From: Fimbriimonadaceae bacterium
GTDB lineage: Bacteria; Armatimonadota; Fimbriimonadia; Fimbriimonadales; Fimbriimonadaceae
DNA: 64,000 nt
Assembly (NCBI GenBank): GCA_036502005.1
Contig: DASXZH010000075.1
Coordinates: 10,381 to 74,380, forward strand
Reading direction: 5' to 3'
Part shown: positions 39,033-46,210 of the stretch, in pieces
Numbering within the stretch: position 1 is the first letter of the stretch
Layout of the letters: every line of letters starts with the position of its first letter
Translations under genes and position numbers: made by a program
The notes under the pieces: generated by a model
The model's input: only the letters and a program-made list of their open reading frames with translations
Told to the model about the DNA's origin: nothing
The model's database searches: none

Positions 39033-40487
39033 GTGGCACCACCTTTGGGGCAACGCCATCCCATTGTTACAAGAATCGAACTCAGATTGTCATCCGGCCA
39101 ATCGATGTCGGCCGACCCAATCCTTGACCAGCTTTCTGCAACAAATGTAGGCGACTACGCAAGCCCCCAGTTGCCGGTAGATCCGGGCGCATACACGAAC
39201 ACGTTCGATCCCAATGGCAACCTCACCGGCTCCGTGGGTGGGGCAGACAACTTAACTCTGGCATATCAATACAATGTCCATAATCAACTAATAAGCGTTA
39301 CCGACGGTGGAACAACCCCGGTCTCCTATGCAGACGCTTCCTACAACCCTGAGGGTCTCCGTATTTCCTCGGATTGGGGCAACGACGAGTACAACGCGTC
39401 CAGTTACCTTTACGACGGAACAGCCATCTTGGCCCAAACGGAGACCAACTACAACTCGCCTTCATTCTACGTTTGGGGACCTACTGGCCTGGTTATGACC
39501 GTTGCCTGGAACGATCCAAGCTACACGTTCACCTTCGATCCAAGCGGAAACAACGTGGGGGTCCACGACCAATACAATCTAGCGCCACAGGCCAGCAACT
39601 TTTACGATGCCTATGGCGAGAGAATCATTGGAACGACCAGCCAAAACATGTTCGACGAGATCGGATACAAGGGCCAGTTCGGCTGCATAACCGATTGGAA
39701 CACGAATCTCGTCTATTGCCAGCAGCGCTACTACTCACCCGTTATGGCCGCGTGGATCACCCGCGACCCCACCGGCGCAGACGGGGGCATGAACGTCTAC
39801 GAATTCTGCGGAAATAACCCCGTGATGATAAGCGATCCAAGTGGGCTGGAAGGAGATTGGGACTGGGGTCAATACTTCTCCGACATGTGGAAGTTCACAA
39901 AGGGAATGGGTAAGGCGGCATTACACCTGGTCGTAGCCACTGTGAAGGGTGCAGTTCTTAATAATCCGGTTAACCCCCTTTGCTGGTATGGCATGATCAA
40001 GAGCGATTATGAAATGTGTAGTCACCCCGCCGCCACAATCGAAGGAATTAAACAGGGAGCCTTAAATTTCTGGGGCGGCCTTAAAGGTGAAAGGGGTATG
40101 GAAGCTCAGGGAGATAGCTTCGGTGATATTCTCGGCACGGTGGCACTGATTGCCTCCGGGTCAGCCGAAGCGGGTGGCGAGTACTGTGTCTATCAGGCAG
40201 TCTTGGAAGATGGCGCGCCAACATATATCGGTATGACGAAAAACCCAGTTCGCAGGGCTATGGAGCACCTTCGTTCTCCGAGGGGGATCGCTATTAAACC
40301 AATAAAAGGACTCGAGAGATTGACCGAAGCTGACGCGAGAGCTGTAGAACAGGTGCTTATCGAACGAAATGGAATATCGCCCAACGGTACACTAACGAAC
40401 AAGATTAATAGCATAGCGAAGTCAAATCCCATATATCCTGGTGCAATCAAAAGAGGTAACTATCTTTTGAAGCGGGCAGGTTACTAG
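39033..40487 (+). CDS. short RHS/YD-repeat protein with RHS-associated core and GIY-YIG-like C-terminal toxin domain
   Basis: YD-type repeats (NTFDPNGNLTG, YLYDGTAILA, FTFDPSGNNVG). Core YCQQRYYSPVMAAWITRDPTGADGGMNVYEFCGNNPVMISDPSGL. Tip YCVYQAVLEDGAPTYIGMTKNPVRRAMEHL...EQVLIERNG...LTNKINS has GIY/YIG/Arg/His/Glu/Asn in GIY-YIG order. The start is GTG 39033 or ATG 39105. Confidence 0.75.
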   Translation: MAPPLGQRHPIVTRIELRLSSGQSMSADPILDQLSATNVGDYASPQLPVDPGAYTNTFDPNGNLTGSVGGADNLTLAYQYNVHNQLISVTDGGTTPVSYADASYNPEGLRISSDWGNDEYNASSYLYDGTAILAQTETNYNSPSFYVWGPTGLVMTVAWNDPSYTFTFDPSGNNVGVHDQYNLAPQASNFYDAYGERIIGTTSQNMFDEIGYKGQFGCITDWNTNLVYCQQRYYSPVMAAWITRDPTGADGGMNVYEFCGNNPVMISDPSGLEGDWDWGQYFSDMWKFTKGMGKAALHLVVATVKGAVLNNPVNPLCWYGMIKSDYEMCSHPAATIEGIKQGALNFWGGLKGERGMEAQGDSFGDILGTVALIASGSAEAGGEYCVYQAVLEDGAPTYIGMTKNPVRRAMEHLRSPRGIAIKPIKGLERLTEADARAVEQVLIERNGISPNGTLTNKINSIAKSNPIYPGAIKRGNYLLKRAGY

Positions 40488-40490
40488 TCC

Positions 40491-40964
40491 TTGTCAAGAA
40501 AAAAAACAGAAGTTGGCGATTTGGTCGAAATTTCGACCAAGGACGGTCTCGTCTACGCTATGTACACTCATTCCGATAAGTCCATGGGCAGTCTTTTGAG
40601 AGTTTTTGCGCAGTTCTACCCATCTAGACCCCATGACTTTGAAGTGATAGTCAGGACGCCAGTAATGCTCAGCGTATTCTTTCCCCTCCAAGGTGCCTTG
40701 AACAGGGGCATCTTTACAATAGTCGGGAACTTTGCAATCCCCGAAGACCTACAGCGATTTCCAATTTTTAAATGTCAAGGGTTGCGAGATCCTAGAAACA
40801 GCCGCATCGTTTGGTGGCTGTGGGATGGCAAGAAAGAATGGCGCGTTGGCGACCTAACCGAAGCACAGCAGGACCTCCCGGAATACCAAGTCGTAAACGA
40901 TGCAATGCTTATCGTCATGATCGAGCGAGGGGCCAAGAAACTTGACACTAACTGTGGAAGTTAG
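40491..40964 (+). CDS. candidate cognate immunity protein
   Basis: 157-aa ORF starting at a TTG 3 nt after the toxin stop. Lower G+C than its surroundings. The call rests on position immediately downstream of a polymorphic-toxin tip. Confidence 0.55.
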   Translation: MSRKKTEVGDLVEISTKDGLVYAMYTHSDKSMGSLLRVFAQFYPSRPHDFEVIVRTPVMLSVFFPLQGALNRGIFTIVGNFAIPEDLQRFPIFKCQGLRDPRNSRIVWWLWDGKKEWRVGDLTEAQQDLPEYQVVNDAMLIVMIERGAKKLDTNCGS

Positions 40965-41076
40965 CCCTATCTACCGAATAAATTGGTCTTTCGCTCACTC
41001 GTAGCATCTAAACAAGCTGATTAGAAGGTCTAAGCGATTAGCTACCCAAGTCTTACGAGAGCTCAAAGCTCGATGA

Positions 41077-41400
41077 TCAATGCACCTCCGCTTCCCATCC
41101 GTCGTACTCTCCCCCAAGACTTCCGGCCAGTTCTTCAAATTTCGGTTGAAGGTGACTCAACACCTGGGTCGGATTCGTGGAACGTGTCGTAATTAAGAGC
41201 AAATACGATGTGCCATCTGCTCCGGGCCTAACCTCCGACGTAAGTTCCGGATCATCGGAGATCAACACCTGGGCTCTACCCGCAATTTCGTCGGTCGGGA
41301 AGTAGAGGTAAAAATGAACTAGTCGCGGCAAAGCCCCCGGCTTCATCGCATCTACTAGTTCAGGCAGAATTCGCTCATTTTTTTTCTTGAATAGTTTCAT
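41077..41400 (-). CDS. RraB (regulator of ribonuclease activity B) family protein
   Basis: 107 aa. VHFYLYFPTDEIAGRAQ and the C-terminal GGEYDGWEAE resemble the E. coli RraB pattern (HHL...EYDGWGT). Confidence 0.55.
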   Translation of the reverse strand: MKLFKKKNERILPELVDAMKPGALPRLVHFYLYFPTDEIAGRAQVLISDDPELTSEVRPGADGTSYLLLITTRSTNPTQVLSHLQPKFEELAGSLGGEYDGWEAEVH

Positions 41401-41584
41401 TTATGAGTAGACAGTATGACCACGACCCGGCGAGCTTCGATTTTCTTTGGCTCAGGCCATCGGTAAAAGGAGACTCGTTCTGATGGCGTCCACATAAGCA
41501 GCTAACAAGTTCACAATTCGAGGTTACATTCACAACACTGTTCAGCGTCGAAATGGAATGGCCAGTTATGGAACGCCAACAATG

Positions 41585-41657
41585 CCCGGAGGGTGTGTTG
41601 CTCTCGTCCCTCGCTGCGCTAGGAATGACAAAGCTCGCGGACTCGCTATTTGAACCT
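41585..41657 (-). repeat. family-1 intergenic element, copy D (degenerate, inverted)
   Basis: The reverse complement AGGTTCAAATAGCG...TTTGTCATTCCTAGCGCAGCGAGGGACGAG shares the GGTTCAAATAGCG, TTGTCAYYC and GAGGGACGAG blocks with copies A-C. Confidence 0.6.
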
Positions 41658-41729
41658 GGTAAGATTTCCGTTCCCGCTCATACAACTTTCTACCGGCTGG
41701 CTAGCTCCATTTCTGTTTCCATCAATTCG

Positions 41730-43031
41730 CTACAGAACCGGAGCCGCTTCTTCGGCGACCTCGGCGGGGACAGGCACTGGGATCATTCCTGATTCCAAAT
41801 AAATCGGGTGCATGATTCTGTTCAACTTTGGATGCTCAAACGTAAACCAAATGGCACCCAAAATGCAGCAAGCCCCCGTGAACATAACTGTGCGAGGCAC
41901 CCCAACGGCATTAGCTAAAAACCCCGCCAGAAGGCTACCAAAAGGGGTCGATCCGAAGAACGCCATCGTGTAGTAGCCCATAACCCTGGCTCGTTTGTCC
42001 TCCGGCACAAGAGACTGGATAACGGTATTGCTGACGGAAGCGCACTGCATCAAGCCGAACCCGACAAAGACCATCAAAATAAACGCCACCCAGAAAACGT
42101 TTGAGAAGCCAAATAAGATCAGCGCGATGCCTAGCGTCGCGGAAGCGATCTGGAGCATCCTGGTTAAGCCCACTACCGTTTTTCGCACGGCCAGAGATAG
42201 GGCTGAAGTAAGGGCTCCGACACCGGAACCAGCAGTCAGCCAACCCAGAGTTGCCGCATCGCCGTGCAGGACCTGGCTGGTGAAGGCGGGCAGCAAAACC
42301 ATATAGGGGTAACCCATTAGGCTAATGAGGGCGAAGAGCGTAAGAATCGTGCGGATCGGGCGGAAGTTGCGCACGTAATCCCAGCCCTCGCGGATTTGGG
42401 CGATCATCGTGCGGCCGTCGCTGAGCCTAGGCGTAGCTCGAACTCGCATCATCAGCAGCGAGGCAATAACGGCCAGGTAGCTAACGCCATCGATAAGGAA
42501 GCACCAGCCCGGACTGGATGCTGCGATAACCAAGCCCGCGATGGCCGGCCCGATAAGACGCGCCCCGTTCGCCATAGAAGAGTTGATGGCGATCGCGTTG
42601 CTGAGATCCTCTTTATCCTCCACCATTTGAACCAGAAATGACTGCCTTCCCGGCATATCGAACGCGTTTATGAGGCCCTGGAAAGCGGATAAAGCGATGA
42701 TCTCCCAAAGGTTGATCACATGAGCGAGAGCCAACGTGGCCAACGCCAACGATTGAATGGAGGCAAGCGCCTGGGTCCAAACGAGAAGCCGTTGCCTGTT
42801 CAATCTTTCGACCCAGACCCCGGCAAATGGCCCTAGAATAAAAGCAGCAATTTGGCCGGAAAAACTAACGATTCCGAGCAGCAAAGCTGACTCAGTAATG
42901 CGATAAACCAGATAGCTGGTGGCCAGCCTTGTCATCCAAGTTCCAATCACCGAGATGCTTTGGCCAAAGAAAAACAGCTTGAAGTTGCGGTGTCTTAGGG
43001 CGCGCCATGCATGGGAAAAGGATCTCAACAT
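41730..43031 (-). CDS. MFS transporter (enterobactin-exporter/MFS_3-like)
   Basis: 433 aa with 12 hydrophobic segments. N-terminus WRALRHRNFKLFFFGQSISVIGTWMTRLA is typical of this MFS subgroup. Confidence 0.8.
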   Translation of the reverse strand: MLRSFSHAWRALRHRNFKLFFFGQSISVIGTWMTRLATSYLVYRITESALLLGIVSFSGQIAAFILGPFAGVWVERLNRQRLLVWTQALASIQSLALATLALAHVINLWEIIALSAFQGLINAFDMPGRQSFLVQMVEDKEDLSNAIAINSSMANGARLIGPAIAGLVIAASSPGWCFLIDGVSYLAVIASLLMMRVRATPRLSDGRTMIAQIREGWDYVRNFRPIRTILTLFALISLMGYPYMVLLPAFTSQVLHGDAATLGWLTAGSGVGALTSALSLAVRKTVVGLTRMLQIASATLGIALILFGFSNVFWVAFILMVFVGFGLMQCASVSNTVIQSLVPEDKRARVMGYYTMAFFGSTPFGSLLAGFLANAVGVPRTVMFTGACCILGAIWFTFEHPKLNRIMHPIYLESGMIPVPVPAEVAEEAAPVL

Positions 43032-43462
43032 TCTCCCATACGCTTTAGAATCTCTATAGCGCCGAACAGTTGCTCCTGCTCATCTTCCGGAAGTTTGGCT
43101 ATTTCTTGCGCCAGCCAGGTTATCTTTTCGGCCCGGTTCTCTTCCCTAACCTGCGCGCCTTTTTCGGTGAGGACTATGTTGGTTTGGCGTCCATCGGTGG
43201 GGTGGGGCTGCTTTTCTACAAGTTTGAGTTCTTCGAGAGCGGCAACTGTAGCTCCCATGGATTGGGACTTCATGGCTTCGGCCCGCGCCAGATCGGAAAT
43301 GGTTTGCGGCCCATATCTGGCGAGCCTTCCCATAACGGCACGCTGGGTTAATGAGAGTTCGTGTCGGTTCCCTTGAGTTCTAATTCGGCGTGCCAACGCG
43401 CCGACGGCAATCGCCAACTCGGCGACTCTTTCGGTGAGATCTTGTTCTTGTTGAACGGCCAC
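43025..43462 (-). CDS. MarR family transcriptional regulator
   Basis: Winged-helix LTQRAVMGRLARYGPQTISDLARAEAMKSQSMGATVAALEELKLVEKQPHPTDGRQTNIVLTEKG. GTG start. Overlaps the MFS gene by 7 nt. Confidence 0.85.
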   Translation of the reverse strand: MAVQQEQDLTERVAELAIAVGALARRIRTQGNRHELSLTQRAVMGRLARYGPQTISDLARAEAMKSQSMGATVAALEELKLVEKQPHPTDGRQTNIVLTEKGAQVREENRAEKITWLAQEIAKLPEDEQEQLFGAIEILKRMGEC

Positions 43463-43474
43463 GAATTAGAATAC

Positions 43475-43503
43475 GTGAAGTTAAACTGTGAAGTTTCACT
43501 TCA
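43475..43503. promoter_or_regulatory. candidate MarR operator
   Basis: GTGAAGTT occurs twice (43475-43482 and 43488-43495). The second copy forms the palindrome TGAAGT-ttc-ACTTCA (43489-43503), 13-41 nt upstream of the MarR start. Confidence 0.4.
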
Positions 43504-43515
43504 TAGTTCGAGTGG

Positions 43516-43695
43516 CGTGACGAGTGAGAGGTGATAGGGGAAGGGGATCGGATCGGATCGGATCAAAGGATATTCGACGTTTGATAAACAAACAAGCACT
43601 CTAGCAATACATTCGGTCCATCCGCTATCCGCTATCCGCCATTCTCCACCCCTCCATCCACTTTAGACCTTCGACACTCCCCTATGACCTATCAC
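43516..43695. repeat. short-period tracts in the MarR/lipoprotein divergent spacer
   Basis: GTGACGA-GTGAGAG-GTGATAG (43516-43536), (GGATC)x4 (43545-43564), TCCGCTA-TCCGCTA-TCCGCCA (43621-43641), and CCCCTATGACCTATCAC (43679-43695), which is partly complementary to GTGATAGGGG. Confidence 0.6.
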
Positions 43696-43763
43696 ATGTG
43701 TCCCTTTGTTAACATTTCAGCCCTCCTCTTGCACCCGCAAAAAAGCTGGCGGATACTAAATGC

Positions 43764-44564
43764 ATGCGTCGCCGTTTTATAGCATTTGTATGCTTATTGC
43801 CTCTGTTGCCAGGATGCAATATGAAGGGTGTCCAGAATGGCAACTCTACGGGGCTAGAGGGAGATTGGGCGCTCTTTGTCCCCCTCCCCGGATCAACAAG
43901 CGCCACCGTGAACTTCAGCGGTAATAAGTTCAAAGAGGTGTTTGAAATGGGGTCGGGCACGAATTCGGCCGAATTGACTATAACGGGTGACGACACGTCT
44001 GACAATCACACCCTCCACCTAAACAACGAGCAGTTTCAGATCAATAAGTCGGTGTCATTTGAGGCAATGTCCTTTCGAGAGCTTTACAAGAAATCCATTG
44101 GCGCGGACTTCACGATGGAGTGGAACGGAACAAGCCTCGTCTACCTGGCCAGTGGAGCGGAAGGGGCAAATGGCGGTGCCACTACCACTTTGGCCCTCAG
44201 CAGAAATGGCGCCCAACCCGATCCTAAAAAGGTTGGCGTCGAGGTCGAAATCAACTCAACAACAACGTCCGACGGGCAATCAACTACAACAACAACCACC
44301 AACACGGGCGGTGACACAGGAAATACTGCGCCGCAGCCGCCAGGCACGGACCAATCACAACCCAACCAATACTCGGGACAAGGCGGAAGCGTAGCTCCAT
44401 CGCAAGATGGTCAGGAGCAATCTGGGCAGGGCTCAAAGCAGACGCCACAAACGCCGACTCCTCCTCCCACTCAGGTGCCTACTTCGAGTCAGAGTCCACC
44501 GGCTCAGGACCAGCAGGCACCGCAGCAAGCGGCTCGTTCCGCGGCCTCAACTACGGGCCAGTAG
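43764..44564 (+). CDS. lipoprotein with low-complexity Thr/Gln/Pro-rich C-terminus
   Basis: MRRRFIAFVCLLPLLPGC lipobox. A globular ~150-aa module followed by TTTSDGQSTTTTTTNTGG...PQTPTPPPTQVP. Confidence 0.65.
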   Translation: MRRRFIAFVCLLPLLPGCNMKGVQNGNSTGLEGDWALFVPLPGSTSATVNFSGNKFKEVFEMGSGTNSAELTITGDDTSDNHTLHLNNEQFQINKSVSFEAMSFRELYKKSIGADFTMEWNGTSLVYLASGAEGANGGATTTLALSRNGAQPDPKKVGVEVEINSTTTSDGQSTTTTTTNTGGDTGNTAPQPPGTDQSQPNQYSGQGGSVAPSQDGQEQSGQGSKQTPQTPTPPPTQVPTSSQSPPAQDQQAPQQAARSAASTTGQ

Positions 44565-45039
44565 CTAAAGCGGTAAGGGAATCGCCGGTCACTCGCATGA
44601 CCGTCCACTCATCCATCGAAAGGGCACCGAGGGTTTTGTAAAACTCGATGCTGGGCTCGTTCCAATCCAGCACCCACCACTCGAAGCGGCCGCAGCCTCT
44701 CTCCAGGGCTATTTTGGCCAGATGTCTCATAAGCGCCTTCCCCACTCCTTTGCCTCGAGCATGGGGTCTTACAAATAGGTCTTCTAAGTAGAGTCCAGGC
44801 TTGCCCAAAAAGGTTGAGAAGTTATGAAAGAACAATGCGAACCCAACCGGCTCGCTATCAACGAAAGCGAAGACCACTTCCGCGTAAGGTCTCGCGCCAA
44901 AGAGGGTCTGCTCCAGGTTCTCGTTTGTAACCACGCATTCGTGGCTTAAACGCTCGTAAGCGGCCAGTTCACTTATGAACTGGCGGATCAGGAGCACATC
45001 TTCTATAGTCGCAAACCGGAACTCTGGGTGCGTTGGCAT
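44551..45039 (-). CDS. GNAT family N-acetyltransferase
   Basis: Start moved to ATG 45039 (MPTHPEFRFATIEDV). Acetyl-CoA motif VRPHARGKGVGKALM. 162 aa. The 246-aa version has no family-like N-terminus. Confidence 0.8.
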   Translation of the reverse strand: MPTHPEFRFATIEDVLLIRQFISELAAYERLSHECVVTNENLEQTLFGARPYAEVVFAFVDSEPVGFALFFHNFSTFLGKPGLYLEDLFVRPHARGKGVGKALMRHLAKIALERGCGRFEWWVLDWNEPSIEFYKTLGALSMDEWTVMRVTGDSLTALATGP

Positions 45040-45396
45040 CCAGAAGGTTTTACCCGTCGGGATTCTCGAATCTCGATTGGGGATCGAAGTCTTTAGATGC
45101 CGCTTGGTTGTGTCGCCTTGGCTATCGGTCATGGGGCATAACTCGACTGTCTGAACCAGTTGTGTCTGGTTATGTCCGGTTCTGGCTGCCACAACTGGTT
45201 CAAAATTGGGAGTTTCTCGAAAAAAGTTGTTCACACTTTGGAATGGCATTTTTCCGGCAAGCCTAGATTCGGAGTTTATGAAGTTCTTCAAGGATCAGGC
45301 GTCAGGTTCGTTATTCAAACCACCTTTGAATACTGGACGCCACTGCCTCTTCTTAAAGGTTCAGGCTTTTAGGTCCTCAGCCGAAGCACACGAGTA

Positions 45397-45548
45397 GGGG
45401 GCCTTATGCCAACTCTCATTTGATCTTGGAGCTGTTTGTAGGCTGATTTATCAGAACCTCTCCCCCTTCCCCCTCTCCTCTGCCGGAGCACAGGAGAAGG
45501 GGGGGCCTTATGCCAACTCTCATTTGATCTTGGAGCTGTTTGTAGGCT
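45397..45548. repeat. two perfect 48-nt direct repeats, period 104 nt
   Basis: GGGGGCCTTATGCCAACTCTCATTTGATCTTGGAGCTGTTTGTAGGCT occurs at 45397-45444 and 45501-45548. The 56-nt spacer is a C/T-rich hairpin (CTCTCCTCTG...CAGGAGAAGG). The flanks are also similar but diverged. Confidence 0.85.
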
Positions 45549-45588
45549 TGGTTTTTCGGAACCAACCAATCAAAAATCCATAAGCAGT

Positions 45589-46017
45589 TCAGCCTTTCTT
45601 TAGAAGGTCTCGAATCTCCGTGAGAAGGATCTCTTCTTTCGTTGGCTCAGGCTCTACTACGGGAGCCGCTTCCTCTTTCTTCTTAAGCTTATTCATCGCC
45701 TTAACCAGGAAGAACACTACAAGAGAAACGACCAGGAAGTTTATAAGCAGGTTGATAAAGTTTCCGTAGTTAATCGTGACTGCTTTTGCAGCACTCGCCG
45801 CATCAGGGGTCGCATATGGCCCTATCGGGTTTCCGTCTTTGAGGACGATCATGAGGTTCTTGAAATCGATATGGCCGAGAGCCAAACCGATCGGCGGCAT
45901 CACGATATCTTTCACCAACGATGTGACTATGGCCCCGAACGCAATGCCCAAAATGAGCGCGACGGCCAGATCCAACATATTCCCCTTAACTGCAAATTCC
46001 TTAAATTCCTTGAGCAT
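45589..46017 (-). CDS. mscL: large-conductance mechanosensitive channel
   Basis: Start at ATG 46017: MLKEFKEFAVKGNMLDLAVALILGIAFGAIVTSLVKDIVMPPIG, the canonical MscL N-terminus. 142 aa. Confidence 0.9.
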   Translation of the reverse strand: MLKEFKEFAVKGNMLDLAVALILGIAFGAIVTSLVKDIVMPPIGLALGHIDFKNLMIVLKDGNPIGPYATPDAASAAKAVTINYGNFINLLINFLVVSLVVFFLVKAMNKLKKKEEAAPVVEPEPTKEEILLTEIRDLLKKG

Positions 46018-46062
46018 GTATGTTGCGTTAGACGCGCGGGCGGGGGGAATGGATTCTACTGG

Positions 46063-46186
46063 GTGACGGGTAACGTGTGACGCGTGACGGGTAGGCAGCA
46101 AACTGCCGTGGATCTGGAAAGCAAAACCGCCTTGTAACGCACGTATTGGTTCCAGACACGTCACTCGTCACGCGTCACTCGTCACC
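46063..46186. repeat. period-7 inverted arms (GTGACGN units) around a 59-nt core
   Basis: Left GTGACGG-GTAACGT-GTGACGC-GTGACGG (46063-46095). Right GTCACTC-GTCACGC-GTCACTC-GTCACC (46155-46186). 26 of 32 positions complementary. Confidence 0.7.
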
Positions 46187-46210
46187 ACTCCGCCGTAGTA
46201 AACAATTCCT

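Noticed and set aside
41553-41792. 79-aa plus-strand ORF between the RraB-like and MFS genes
   Set aside because: Most of it is a translation of family-1 repeat copy D, and its end overlaps the MFS gene terminus.
45397-45548. Possible minimal CRISPR array (two identical 48-nt repeats with a 56-nt spacer)
   Set aside because: There are only two repeats. At 48 nt the repeat is at or beyond the usual CRISPR length. The spacer is a low-complexity hairpin, the flanks are diverged copies of the same 104-nt unit (tandem duplication), and no cas genes are in the window.
45040-46164. Long N-terminal extensions of the GNAT (to 45291) and mscL (to 46164) ORFs
   Set aside because: The extensions have no family similarity and run into repeat-rich spacers. 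Internal ATGs at 45039 and 46017 give canonical N-termini.
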